From Octopus vulgaris (Eukaryota), in contig OX597827.1 of assembly GCA_951406725.2 (NCBI GenBank), positions 22,072,001-22,136,000 on the forward strand: a stretch of DNA of 64,000 bases. The letters run 5' to 3'. The notes under the pieces are model-generated. The model worked only from the letters and a program-made list of their open reading frames with translations, did not search any database and was not told where the DNA came from. The translations under genes were made by a program, and so were the position numbers. Below are positions 12,832-25,430 of this stretch, piece by piece; position 1 is the stretch's first letter, and each line of letters starts with the position of its first letter.

Positions 12832-14304
12832 GTAAGTCCCAACTTATTCTTTTTTTGAGTGTGATCTTTACATTGTTTTTACTTTCACTTTTCTCTACTG
12901 GCTTGGATTGGGTATCACCACAGACTAAATCTGTTCATATTCAGTTATCCGAAAATTTTATTCGTAATTCTCCAAAGATTTTCTTCTGAAGATTAGTAAC
13001 TAAAAAAAAACAGCTTTATTTCCTGTTTCACTGCGTATGATCGACAGTATTCGAGATACTAGGTACTCAGTACACGTCTTCTGTTAACACAGTCATATCT
13101 TCATCAAAGCGACAATGTGAAGAATAGCATGTCTGACACAAGCCGAACAGGACTCACAATGCAGGAATCTTTGTAGAAGCGTCAACCTAAGCACATATTT
13201 GCAACCATCAATGGTGACATATAGAACTTGTTATGCTTATAAACATGGCTTTAAATGGATTGGCCGACCAGAACAACTCAGCACGTAAGAAATATGCATC
13301 AGTTCTGATGTTTCAATTAACACAGACTAAAATTTGGAATTTCGACTAGGAAAGATGGTCTACCATAACATATAAGTAATTCTATTTTTGGTATGTTTAT
13401 TTGATGAACTGGTAATTATAAATACTCATTAATTATTGCATTGTTCTCAGTACTCATGGATCTCTGACAAACAGGAAAGGTATCATGATAAGATACCTTT
13501 CTTGTTGCCAACCATTTTGTAAAGTGTACAAGTGTCCAGAGAATTGTAACGTCGTACAAACACCAGGCATTTTTGTGTCCTCAGTAAGAATAAAGACACC
13601 TCTGTATCTTACGTTGATTCTGTTCCTTTGTTCACCTGTGCCAGGAGGTTGTTTTATTCCCTGTAAGTAAAAGAGAGAACGAGAGAGAAGAAATTGGTGA
13701 AAGTGAACTGGTATGATAGAAGAGAGAGAGAGAGGAGAATAAATTAAGAGAGCAATCAACTTTGATATGATGCTCGTTAATGAGGGAACTCAATAGAATC
13801 AGCATAAAAGGTGTGATTGGTTAAAAGACAATGATAACAGGGAGATGAGAGTGATAGAAGAGGGAGTAATGGATGTGAGAGGTTGATAGGAGAAATAGTG
13901 TTAGTGAGAGAGAGTTACAGTGATGAGTAGCAATGAAGGTACTTAATGGCAAAAGAAGGGGAATTAGTTAGGTATGAACACAAGCTTAGCTAGATGGAGG
14001 AGAATAGAGGTGTGGTGCATAGGTTGAGGTGGAAGTGTTCAAGAGCTTGGAGGCCTTTGGTGTTGAGGGATGATAGTGTAAAGAGAGGGAATATCCAGGG
14101 TGAAAATGAGGCAGGAGGGGGTCGAGGGAAAAGGAGAAGATAAAGTGGTGGAGAGCATGGTTGGTGTCCAGAAGGTCTTGGTGAGGGAGGAGAAGATAAA
14201 GTGGTTGAAGAGCAGGCAAATATCAGTGACATCTCTGGACATGTTTTGGTCTGAACATATTCTCTCAGCAACTTCAACATTCTTGCTAGATTAATGATCA
14301 AATT

Positions 14305-14610
14305 ATCATCATCATCGTTCAACGTTCGTTTTCCATGCTGGCATGGGTTGGACGATTTGACTGAGGTCTGGAAAGCCACTGGCTGCACCAGGCTCCAATC
14401 TGATCTGGTATGCCCTTCCTAACGCCAACCACTCTGAGAGTGTAGTGGCTGCTTTTTACGTGCCAGCGGCACAGGAGCTAGTCAGGTGGGCCTGGCATCG
14501 ATCACGTTTGGATGGTGCTTTTTACATGCCACCGGCACAAGAGCCAGTCAGCAGGTACTGGCATTGGCCACAATCGGTTGGTGCTTTTTACATGCCACCG
14601 GCATGGGAGC
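14305..14610 (-). mobile_element. RTE LINE 3' UTR fragment with (GAT)n tail
   Basis: homologous to 58925-59300. Confidence 0.8.
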
Positions 14611-14853
14611 TTTATCTTCTCCTCCCCCCAACCCCATCTGGACACCAGCCATACTCTCCACCTCTTTATCTTCACTTGTAATAATTGCATAGGCATCACT
14701 AATTATCAATAATTATCATGACTGATGGAAATGATGAGTTTCATAATTCTTTTTTCTCTGCAAAGTGTTGATCATCATCATCATCATCATCATAACCTAT
14801 AACAGTAATGTAGGTTGATTAATAACTCTCTTTCTCTCTCTCTTCCCCTACAG

Positions 14854-14953
14854 TGATGGACACGACCAACAACTGGGTGGATGTCTTAGAGATTTCCGCA
14901 ACAAACCTTTTCCGCTAAAGGCCAGAGTAGAATATTATAAAAACTCACTCACA
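14854..14953 (+). CDS. LMAN1: LMAN1 exon: DGHDQQLGGCLRDFRNKPFPLKARVEYYKNSLT
   Basis: cctacag|T...ACA|gtaagt; 100 nt; first CRD disulfide Cys. Confidence 0.97.
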
Positions 14954-15477
14954 GTAAGTATTTCACAGATGCTAGTGAAGTAGTGTATGTATGAGGACAA
15001 ATGTATGTGTTTGTGGTTATGGGCTTCTGTCTGTTCGGCGTGTGTGTGTGTATGTTTCTCTGCATCTGGCCTTGTGCACGTGTGTGTACTTAACATTGCA
15101 CAAGGGTCTGAAAACTGAGGACTTGTGTCAAGAAAATCCGATTAGCCTTTGTCAAGGGGAATAAGACTTGCATTACCAGAGCAGACGGCGCGAGTCAAGG
15201 GAAGGAATACCTGTTAACTATATTCAAGGGAGGTAAGCCTTGATGGCAAGAAAGTCAAGTTAAATATGAATTGTGTCATATACACACACACGTGTATGCG
15301 TATATACATGTTGCTTGTACTAAAAAAGACCTACACACAAGAAAATGCATCCTGAACCAAATAGAAAACGGACGTTAACCGATGATGATAATGCTTAAAG
15401 AAGTATATGCACGTATAAACACCAGATAACCGCTGTTTCATGTCATTTGTATATGAGATTGATACAAGTATATACCT

Positions 15478-15670
15478 AAGGCGGCGAGCTGGCAGAAACG
15501 TTAGCAAGCTGGGCGAAATGCATAGCCGTATTTCATCTGCCGTTGTGTTCTGAGTTCAAATTCCGCCGAGGCCGACTTTGCCTTTCATCCTTTCGGGGTC
15601 GATAAATTAAGTACCAGTTATGCACTGGGAGTCGATATAATCGACTTAATCTGTTTGTCTGTCCTTGTTC
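15478..15670 (+). mobile_element. SINE family 1, 3'-truncated
   Basis: aggcggcgagctggcagaaacgttagc...tgtctgtccttgtt. Confidence 0.85.
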
Positions 15671-16398
15671 GTAAGTTTGTGGTATTTGTCAGTGGTTTAT
15701 TGCTGTGGTATGATGTTATCTTCTAGTGCTATGTATACAGGACATGATTTAATACACTGTTAGCAAACAGAAGTTCCTTCTGTTTAACCCTTTCGCATTC
15801 AGATTATTTTGTCAAATGTAATACTTATTCTCATTGTTTTAAATTAATTATGCATTATCTCATCACTTGAAGATTTTGATTATATGATTGTTTGTTTTCA
15901 TTACCACATTGTAAAGTAGGTGTAAGAGGCCATATCATGCTTGTTTGAACATAGGACAAGTAGAATTTGGGGCTGGGGCCACTCTCCTGTTCTAAGTGTT
16001 TGTTGTCACTGATATCCGCAAATAATTGTTGTTGTCACACTATGGCAGAAATTGAATTCACTTCAACAGACGTCATTGATTGGTTGAAATTGCCGAAATG
16101 CAAGAAATTAAACAACAAATAGCTTACAAACTACAGAATTTTCTCAAGAAAGCCAAGAGAGAAAGATGTTTTATAAACACATTCTACCAGTATACGAAGT
16201 TTCAAATTTTTAGTTACAAAGAAATTATTATTAAAATCTGACGGTCAAAGTGAAAAGATCCAATTTACACAGCTGTCAGCATGTGTCTGTTGTTATTTAA
16301 TGTCTCTACTTGATAGGGACCCCACTCCCGCCTTTACCCCATTTGCTTTTCTTCTAATGTCAATAAATTCATTATTTATTGTGTTTCATTAACTACAG

Positions 16399-16522
16399 GT
16401 GTTTATTCACAATGGGATGTCCAGTAACCAGAATGAATACGAACTGTGTCTGCGTGCAGAGGGCATCCACCTTCCTAAGAATGGATTCTTTGGGGTGACG
16501 GCTGCAACAGGCGGATTGGCAG
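16399..16522 (+). CDS. LMAN1: LMAN1 exon: VFIHNGMSSNQNEYELCLRAEGIHLPKNGFFGVTAATGGLA
   Basis: ctacag|GTG...GCAG|gtgagg; 124 nt; second CRD Cys and AATGGL. Confidence 0.97.
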
Positions 16523-16784
16523 GTGAGGTTACAGTCTACTCTGTTATCTTAACTGTGTAATGTGTTGTGCTTAGTTTTTGTGTGTTTAAATGATATTTCT
16601 GGTTGTGTGCATTGTGTGTCTTCATGTCTAAATCTGTGTATTTGTGTAGAGGTAATGTATCTGGTTTGGCATGTGGTTCTGTATGCAACACTCGTTTGCA
16701 GATGTAATGTTGTGTGTGTGTGTGTGTGTGTGCATTCGGTTTAGTGTGCATGTCTGTCAGTTCTGTGTTATGTGTTTTACTTAG

Positions 16785-16816
<32 letters not shown>

Positions 16817-16947
16817 GAATACATATTTTAGTCCGTATTAATGTGCATAACGTAATACAAATGTTGTGTGTGTGTGTTTGTGTAGTCAGTCCATTCAGTG
16901 ACATCTATTGTCATTAATGAAGGTCTTCTATTTAATAATTTCTTCAG

Positions 16948-17003
16948 ATGACCACGATGTAATGGCGTTCTTGACTCATTCCATGCATGCTCCAGCTGAC
17001 CAG
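16948..17003 (+). CDS. LMAN1: LMAN1 exon: DDHDVMAFLTHSMHAPADQ
   Basis: cttcag|AT...CAG|gtatgt; 56 nt; end of CRD. Confidence 0.96.
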
Positions 17004-17109
17004 GTATGTCACACACATTTCCGTTCTAATCTAAACCTTTTACATTATATTGTCACAAACCATAGACGAACCAATTGTGTTTCAACAATGACTGCACCAT
17101 TTTGTTAGA

Positions 17110-17370
17110 TTTAGCAGAGACAAGGGCCAAACAATTGAGATTTCTTGGTCGTGTGATGAGGAGAGAGGGCCTGGAGAATTTAGTGATGACAGGAAAGATT
17201 AAAGGGAAAAGAAGCAGAGGAAGGAGAAGGATGATGTGGATGTCAAGCTTGATGAACTGGTTGGAAGAAGAGAGACATTGACCATCAGGAAGTGGAACTG
17301 TTACGGAAAACAAAGAACAGAGAATTATGACAGGACATGACTGTCTGTGTTTTAGATTCTGGACAAGGCA
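17110..17370 (+). mobile_element. RTE (BovB-like) ORF2 C-terminal fragment
   Basis: QLRFLGRVMRREGLENLVMTGKIKGKRSRGRRRMMW. Confidence 0.82.
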
Positions 17371-18058
17371 GTTCAAGAGAGAAATAACCATAGATTGCTT
17401 CTTTTTGCCACTCTCCTCTTCCATATGTATCACTTGGCTATACTTACAAAGTCTTCATGCCTGTTATGCCCAGTTTTTCTCTCAACACATTTGATCTATC
17501 TCCTACTGGTATTCATAATAGGGAAACATGGTGAATAATTATTGGTGTATGTGTGTGTGTGTAAGCAATGTACTCTGATTTGTGGTAGGAAGGAAGTCTT
17601 ATGGAAATAGGAATTAGGGTAGGCTTTACAAACCTGGACCTCAAGATTGAAATAACAACACTGTTAGTACCTATGCACAGATTTTATCCCTTTTAGTCCA
17701 TTCTAGCTTGGAAAATTGAATATTATGATAATGAGGATTGTAACCAGCATCATGTTATACAAAGTAAGAACATGTTGGAAAAATAAAGGATGAAGACCAC
17801 TCAACTACAAAATATTTATAACTTCAGACAATCAACATAAAATTGATGTAATGGGGTGGGGAGTGGCAAGAATCTTTGCACAATTTGGTGAAATGAATTT
17901 TGTTGTGGCCATGTGAAGAAGATATTTCCTTATTAGTCCTTCCAATAATGTTCCTAAATCCATTAGTCTGACATCTTAAGGTAATCACAATCTCATTTTA
18001 CAAATTAAACTATTGCAATGATGTGTTATCCAAACATTCTTCAACAAATTGTGAATAA

Positions 18059-18666
18059 GTGCAGGAGTGGCTGTGTGGTAAGAAGCTTGCTTCCCAACCA
18101 CATGGTTGTGGGTTCAGTCCCATTGCATGGCACCTTGGGCAAGTGTCTTCTACTATAGCCTTGGGCTGACTATAGCCTTGTGAGTGGACTCGGTAGATGG
18201 AAACTGAAAGAAGCCCATCGTATATATATATATGTATATGAATGTTTGTTTGTGTGTCTGTGTTTGTCCCTCCACCATTGCTTGACAACTGATGGTGGCA
18301 TGTCTATGTCCCCATAACTTAGCGTTTCGGTAAAAGAGACTGATAGAATAAGTACTAGGCTTACAAAGAATAAGTCTTGTAGTTGATTTGTTCAACTAAA
18401 GGCAGTGCTCCAGGATGGCCGCAGTCAAATGACTGAAACAAATAAAAGAATATACATATGTATTTGTGTGTCTGTGTTTGTCCTCCCCCCAACATTGTTT
18501 GACAACCGATGTTGGTGTATTTATGTCCCGGTAACTTAGCACTTCAGCAAAAGAGACCGATAGAATAAGTACAAGGCTTACAAAGAATAAGTCCTGGGGT
18601 CGATTTGTTTGGCTAGAAGTGGTGCTCCAGCATGGCTGCAGTCAAAATGACTGAAACAAATAAAAG
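18059..18666 (+). mobile_element. SINE family 2 with a tandemly duplicated 3' half
   Basis: full copy to ~18450, then a second gtgtctgtgtttgtcc...gactgaaacaaataaaag block. Confidence 0.85.
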
Positions 18667-18874
18667 TCTCTTGACAATAATCTTGTAACTGATTTCAACA
18701 CTAGATTTAGAATACTATAATAGTAAATCATAAATTTTTAATGATATATTTTTAGCCTGTGATGTATCTGTGCACTTAATTTAGGTTTGTATTTTGCTTT
18801 TCTTTTTTTTGCAAGTTTCCTTAGTTTGTCTTCTCAACTCAATGAGTATTTGGCCGTCATTTATCTTGTTTCAG

Positions 18875-18969
18875 ATGGACACAGGCACAAAAGTGTCAGA
18901 AGACGAGAAAAAGAAACTTGATGAAGAATTCAAAGAGTATTACAAGAAACTTGAACAAGCCAAAGAAGA
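18875..18969 (+). CDS. LMAN1: LMAN1 exon: MDTGTKVSEDEKKKLDEEFKEYYKKLEQAKE(D)
   Basis: tttcag|ATG...GA|gtgagt; 95 nt; charged helix like human EISEKEKEKYQEEFEHFQQELDKKKEE. Confidence 0.93.
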
Positions 18970-19295
18970 GTGAGTATTGTTGAGGGCAGCAGTAAGACTG
19001 CAGATGTTGTTGGTCAAGCTTAGCCTTGATTGTGCCAAATTCTGACCAAAGATACTCCATTCTGATATCTTTGACTACTTTGACTATAGTGCCCAATGTG
19101 TCATTCCTGTTTCAAAGCAGTGGGTGTGATTTTAAGGAATATACTGCTGTTTTTAGCTAGTCAAGTAAGCATGTAAAAGGTAGAGCAGCCTTCATTGAAC
19201 TATTGTTCAATGTATCTTTCTTGAAGATAACAGGATGTCATTTTAAAGGATATTTAGCTGCTATTTCCACCAACTCAAGCAATTGATCAGATCAT

Positions 19296-19522
19296 CAGTG
19301 GTTCTTGATTAGGGTCCACATAATATTTTTCTTATTAAAGCTTACAATAAATTGGTTATAGATATTTCCACAATGCACAAAATATTTCAACAATTCTCTT
19401 TTATAGAATTCCTGATAATATAATAAGAGGATTTTTTAAACATTGAATGATTATGAGGATCCTTGAGAGCAAAATGGGAATGAAAGGGGTCCATGGATCA
19501 AAAAAATGGTTGAGAAACACTG
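19296..19522. mobile_element. Old hAT-type MITE
   Basis: CAGTGGTTCTTGA ... TTGAGAAACACTG imperfect TIRs; no TSD recognisable. Confidence 0.55.
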
Positions 19523-20424
19523 GGTTAGAGACTCTATTTTGTGGGTATCCGATGTTAAGCCCCAGGTCTTCATTTATTTAGCTGACCTAAGACATACCAT
19601 CCATGACTACCAGGTCTCTTTTCTCCAGATGTAGTAGCATCCAGGGCTTTATCAGAAAATGTGTCCTTCCTTTTTAAAGACACTAATGTGTAATTTGAAG
19701 GACATCTGACTACTGTTTCTAGTAGGCTGATGTGAATGTGTGTGATTATTTCGCTGTGGTGCTTTACTTTTCCAAAGATTTAATATTTTTACTTTTAGAT
19801 TCATCCACCACATGAATTAATCTTTCAGTTCCTACATGTGATGTTATATTGTTAATGTAGGTTGTTGCATTGTGGCTTTCATCATTTCACCTGCATGCAT
19901 TCATGACCATCCCATCTACTCATGGATTATAACAAAACTAACTTATCCAGTATAGCTTTCTATATTTAGGAAAGTAGTGTGGAGTTTGAATATTTGGCTG
20001 CTATTTTTAGCTTGTCAACTGACTACATAGAGGATTCATTATTGGCTTGTGGATGTATTTGTTGTTATTCAATCAGTCATGATTGAACATGGCACTCCAA
20101 CCATAGCCATCCCATTCTTCAGATAGATTATCTCAGGCTAGATTAATATGCTTTGTTCCCCCTTTTTTCATTAAAGACAGTAGAGGATGATAGGAGGGAA
20201 GTTTGAATGCTATTTCTAGCAGGTCCAGCAATAGTTTAGTGGCTCCTTTGTTACTGTTCCAATCAGCAGTATAGAGTTCACTTCTGGATATTTCTAAAAT
20301 ATATTTCAAGCTCCACCCCTCTTTTCACCACCCACTGCATACCCTCTCCTCGCAATCTCCCATTCTCCTTTCTCGTCTCTGAACCACCTGCTCACCCTGT
20401 CCAATCCATTGTACCATTTATATT

Positions 20425-20720
20425 CAACATCCACTCCACACGATACAGCATCTGCCCCACACAACAACATCCACCCCACACAACACAGCATCTGCCCCAT
20501 GCGACACAACATCCACCCCACATGACAACATCCACCCCACACGACAACATCCACCCCACACGACAACATCCACCCCACACGACAACATCCACCCCACACG
20601 ACAACATCCACCCCACACGACAACATCCACCCCATACACAGCATCAGCCCAACGTGACACAACATTCACCCCACGTGACACAGCATCCACCCCATGCAAC
20701 ATAACCTCCACCCCACACAC
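20425..20720. repeat. 19-bp minisatellite (acaacatccaccccacacg)n
   Basis: near-perfect core ~20505-20635 with degenerate flanks. Confidence 0.93.
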
Positions 20721-20759
20721 TGCCATAAATTTACATCTCTCTCTCTTTTCTTGTTTCAG

Positions 20760-20820
20760 TTTTAAAAAAGAAAATCCAGACAAAGCAAAGGACGAATATG
20801 ACATTGATGTGGATAAATGG
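20760..20820 (+). CDS. LMAN1: LMAN1 exon: FKKENPDKAKDEYDIDVDKW
   Basis: tttcag|T...TGG|gtgagt; 61 nt; the phases bridge the flanking exons. Confidence 0.91.
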
Positions 20821-20986
20821 GTGAGTATGGTGTGGTGGTGGCATGTGCTGGTTGATGTGTAACTCTGGACCATCCTAATTGAACAGATGACCTGTATATT
20901 GTGTACATGACTGGTTGAACAACCAAATGCAATATTCACGTCCAATATCTCCTGCACCCATCCTTCACACAATGATAGGGGTTTAA

Positions 20987-21203
20987 CCCTTTCGTTACCA
21001 ACCCGGCTGAAACCAGCTCTGGCTCCGTGGTAAAATGTTTTGTTTTCATAAGTTTTGAATAAAAATCTTCTACCAAACCTTAGTCACAATTTATGTTCCT
21101 AACACTATCTTAATTATAACTAAGTTATTTTACTAAATTCTTTGTTATATTTAAAATTAAAAGAAACACGGAGCATCTCAAAATAAATACAGTAACGAAA
21201 GGG
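20987..21203. mobile_element. TTAA-flanked MITE (piggyBac-like), family A
   Basis: perfect 12-bp TIR CCCTTTCGTTAC/GTAACGAAAGGG with TTAA on both sides. Confidence 0.85.
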
Positions 21204-21495
21204 TTAATGTATGTGTGTCTTGTGTTAGTCCACCTCTAATGGCTCATTTACTGTTCTGTTGATGTATGACCATCAACAGTTGAGGCAAACAAGCTGGACA
21301 CAAACAAAAGATAACACCTCCCATTTCTATATTTCTGAGGTTGATGTTGTAACGGGTGCTGGTATCGAAGTGCAATGGTGCACTTTTGAGTCATGTCACT
21401 TTGTGTAGTAATGGTAAATATGAGTTGTATGTGTGTGATGTAGTGGCTATCATGCTATAAAAATTGGTGTCATTGTACTTATGATTCATTTACAG

Positions 21496-21678
21496 TTTGA
21501 GAGTCAAGGTGAGAGGGAGCTGAAACAGATCTTTGAAGGTCAAAATAGCATATATGGAACACTCCGAGAGTTAAACAAGAGGCTGGACGAGTTATCTGGA
21601 CGCCAGGAGTTGATTCTGTCAAAAGTCACATCCATCCAGGCACCTGTGGCAGGACAGCCACCAATACAGCATGCACAG
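21496..21678 (+). CDS. LMAN1: LMAN1 exon: FESQGERELKQIFEGQNSIYGTLRELNKRLDELSGRQELILSKVTSIQAPVAGQPPIQHAQ
   Basis: ttacag|TTT...CAG|gtaact; 183 nt; RELxQxFEGQ coiled-coil signature of ERGIC-53. Confidence 0.96.
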
Positions 21679-21869
21679 GTAACTAACTCCCACTCTTCTT
21701 ACATTGCTTATGGTTATCAACTGCTATTTCCAGCAAACATTGGTGCCTTGTTGTACCACTATTTTCTATTTATTATTTTACCTTCATGGTGCTTTATTTA
21801 ATTGGAAAATAATACTATTGTATTGCAATAATATTTATAATTTATATATATATATGTATATATATGTAT

Positions 21870-22238
21870 GCATAGGAGTGGCTGTGTGGTAAGTAGCTTG
21901 CTCACCAACCACATGGTTCCGGGTTCAGTCCCACTGCGTGGCACCTTGGGCAAGTGTCTTCTACTATAGCCTTGGACCGACCAAAGCCTTGTGAGTGGAT
22001 TTGGTAGATGGAAACGTATATATGTATATATATGTGTGTGTCTGTGTTTGTCCCCGCCAACATTGCTTGACAACCGATGCTGGTGTGTTTATGTCCCCGT
22101 AACTTAGCGGTTCAGCAAAAGAGACTGATAGAATAAGTACTAGGCTTCCAAAGAATAAGTCCTGGGGTTGATTTGCTCGACTAAAGGTGGTGCTCCAGCA
22201 TGGCTGCAGTCAAATGACTGAAACAAGTAAAAGAGTAA
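21870..22238 (+). mobile_element. tRNA-derived SINE family 2, near full length
   Basis: TGGCTGTGTGG A box, GGTTCAGTCCC B box, CORE-like accttgggcaagtg, A-rich tail. Confidence 0.88.
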
Positions 22239-22339
22239 GGCATTTTGTCTGATGCACTACTGACTCTGCCAATCCAACATCCTAGTATTAAAAATAATAA
22301 TAATAAGGAAGAAGTACCCTCACTCATAAAAATATATCT

Positions 22340-22520
22340 GTACAGGAATTTTGACAAGTTTAGTAAATGTAAGGGCCTGGAAATTAAAATACAAAAGTTG
22401 TGGCATCTTAAAGCAAAAACTGTTCCTGTTATTGTAGGTTCTCTAGGTATGATAAAAACAGGATGTCAGAAAGCTCTAGACAAAATCTCAGGAGAACCAT
22501 ATCTCAGAGAAATCCAAGGC
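22340..22520 (+). mobile_element. R4/Dong-like (RLE endonuclease) non-LTR retroelement C-terminal fragment
   Basis: KFSKCKGLEIKIQKLWHLKAKTVPVIVGSLGMIK...LREIQ resembles the KxxKYxxL...W...vPvivGaLG pattern. Confidence 0.7.
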
Positions 22521-22821
22521 AGCACAGACACCCACATACTTACTCCCATGCATACACCCATACAACAGGCTTCTGTCAGTTTCCATCTGCTGAATCCACC
22601 ACCCACAAGGCTTTGGTTGGCCCAGGACTATCGTAGAAGATTTAACCAAGGTGCCATGCATTGGGACTGAACCCAAAACTATGTTGGTTGGGAAGCAAAT
22701 TTTTTAACCAAACACACACACACACACATGTGTATACATTTCTGTGTGTGCTTATCTTTATGTTGTCTCTAAATTCTATGCCTTGTAGCATTGCATTTTG
22801 TTAGGACAACTAGAATAAAAC

Positions 22822-23059
22822 CTATTTCTTTACTACCCACAAGGGGCTAAACACAGAGGGGACAAACAAGGATAGGCAAATGGATTAAGTCGATTATATC
22901 GATCCCAGTGCGTAACTGGTACTTAGTTTATCGACCCCGAAACAATGAAAGGCAAAGATGACCTCGGCGGAATTTGAACTCAGAACGTAACGGCAGACGA
23001 AATACTGCAAAGCATTTCGCCCAGCCTGCTAACGTTTCTGCCAGTTCGCTGCCTTTATT
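22822..23059 (-). mobile_element. SINE family 1 with 21-bp TSD
   Basis: ttaggacaactagaataaaac at 22801-22821 and 23060-23080. Confidence 0.92.
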
Positions 23060-23260
23060 TTAGGACAACTAGAATAAAACTTGTAGTGGTTGGCACATAG
23101 GAAGAATATTAAAAGACTATAGAATGCTGCCGCAGATAAAACTTGGCCCTAGTCATATCACCACGGAAACACAGGCAAGAATGAATAAACAATATATTTC
23201 TTGTGATAGGAAACAAAGATTAACGTATTATTGTTTCTTAATGTTTTACCATTATTTCAG

Positions 23261-23355
23261 GGCACAGGCATTCCAATGGACACAATTAGGAGACATGAAG
23301 TTGATATGGTGATTAACAATCAAAATGACTTCCGAGCACAGATGAAAGACATAAG
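23261..23355 (+). CDS. LMAN1: LMAN1 exon: GTGIPMDTIRRHEVDMVINNQNDFRAQMKDI(R)
   Basis: tttcag|GGC...AG|gtaatg; 95 nt; stalk helix. Confidence 0.92.
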
Positions 23356-23544
23356 GTAATGAGTTATTTAATTACCTTTTTTTTTCCTTTATGAAATAAT
23401 TAGGAACCGAATGAAGCAGTCCATGCTCGTGGCGTTTGCAGGTTTGCCAGCAATGGCATGAGATTGATTCTGTTGACATGGCTCTTGGACTGGTGTAAAT
23501 CAATGATTGTAGGAAAGATGTGCCTCTCCGAATCCAATCTTCAT

Positions 23545-23970
23545 TATCATCATCATCGTTTAATGTCCATTTTCCGTGATAGTTGGACAGTTCGACCGGG
23601 GTCTGGGAAGCCAGGAGGCTGCACCAGTCTCCAGTCTGATTTGGCAGTGTTTCTACAGCTGGATGCCCTTCCTGACGTCAACCACTCCGTGAGTGTAGTG
23701 GGTGCTTTTTATGTGCCACCGGCACAGGTGCCAGGGGAGGCTGGCATCGACCATGATCTGTTGGTGCTTTTTACGTTCCACTGGCACAGAAGCCAGTCAA
23801 GGTGGCACTGGCATTGGCCACGTTCAGATGGTGCTTTTTACGTGCCACTGGCATAGGTATTACAACTACAATTTCCATTTAATATTAATTTTGATGTATT
23901 TGACTCAATAGGTCTCCTCAAGCACAGCGGATCATGTGCCACCGGCACAGAAGTCAGTCAAGGCGGCGCT
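23545..23970 (-). mobile_element. RTE LINE 3' UTR fragment
   Basis: (cat)n + ggatgcccttcct + tandem ggtgctttttaYgtgccac modules. Confidence 0.8.
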
Positions 23971-24415
23971 GGTTCCTTTTTTTTAAGTCATCCAAATGAA
24001 AGGGCTTCCATCAAAATCTTGGCTATGTTAAAGATGTGCTGCCTTGCATTCTCTATCAGAGGTCTCGGTGTTCACGAGCCATTATATTTGGAGTGATTAC
24101 AAGTGGTCTGGTTTGTGCTGCTCATTCTTAAAGGAGTTTGCTGATAATGAAGGACAATGCAGACACAGCATTGTTGATGAAAGGAGGCGGAGGTAGATGA
24201 CTTGTGTGCCAGTGGTGGAATGAAAGCAGGCAGCTCTAAGGAGCAGAAGCTGTTTTAGGGCTGATAGAAAGAGGGGACAGCATGTGTGGACCTGAGGCTG
24301 GGACATGTCTGTCAGTGACTTTATGTTAATCAAATGATTAGCTTTTATCTGGATGTAGTGTCAGCTATGTTAAACATGTGCATTCTCTTTAAGAAATCTC
24401 AGTGATAATTAGTGA

Positions 24416-24615
24416 AGGTGCCGAGCTGGCAGAAACGTTAACATGCTGGGCGAAATGTGTAGCTGTTTTTCGTCTGCCGTTACGTTATGGGTTCAAATTC
24501 CGCCAAGGTCGACTTTGCCTTTCATCCTTTCGGGGTCGATTAAATAAGTACCAACTTAATCAACTGAATCCGTCTGTCTGTCCTTGTTTAACCCCTTGTG
24601 GGTAGTAAAGAAATA
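24416..24615 (+). mobile_element. SINE family 1 with 12-bp TSD
   Basis: gataattagtga at 24404-24415 and 24616-24627. Confidence 0.88.
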
Positions 24616-24949
24616 GATAATTAGTGAGCCCTAACATTTGGAGTGATTAGATGGGCACTGTTGTAGGCTTCTTGTGTTTAAGGAGAATTGTGGGGATGAT
24701 TGTGTTATTTGATGTTGAAGGGGACTAGTTAGGTGTGCCTGCATTGGAAGATGTTTCTGAGGTCTCTGTCCACATTCAGTGTAGATTTGGCAGGAATTAT
24801 TTTGTTTGCATGCTGTGTGGCTATGGAAGATTAGGAAGAAATAAATGTAAGAGAATGACCATCAATGCAGCTGATGACAAGTAGGTCTTTGAGGTATAGG
24901 AAGAAGAGTGTGGGATACAGAATGGAACCCAGAGGCACACCACAGTCGA

Positions 24950-25430
24950 CATCATCATCGTCATCATCTACTTTTCATGCTGGCATGGATTGGATGGTTT
25001 GACTGAAAGCTGGTAAGCCAGGGAGCTGCACCAGGTTCCATTTTGATTTGGCATGGTTTCTACAGCTGGATGTCCTTCCTAATGCCAACTACTCCAAGAG
25101 TGTAGTGGGTGCTTTTTAAGTGCCACCAGCATGGGTGCCATTGATGTGACACTGTCATTGGTCATAACTACCATCTCACTTGGCTTGACAGGTCTTCACA
25201 AGCACAGTATATCGTTAAAGGTCTCAGTTACCTGTCACTGTCTCTGTGAGGCCCGACACTCGAATGGTGCTTTTTACAGCCACCAGCACAAGTTTGGCTT
25301 TGGTTACAACTACAATTTCACTTGGCTTGACAGGTCTTCTCAGGTACAGCATATCGCCCAATATTGAAAGGGTTCTTTTTACATGCCATTTACACAAGAC
25401 TGGCATCGGCCACAACTCTGATCTCACTTT
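24950..25430 (-). mobile_element. RTE LINE 3' UTR fragment (diverged, internal duplications)
   Basis: same family motifs. Confidence 0.72.

Noticed and set aside
20425-20720. Minisatellite as a CRISPR array or Cys/Gly-rich protein ORFs
   Set aside because: Contiguous 19-bp units with no spacers; the ORFs are repeat artefacts inside an intron
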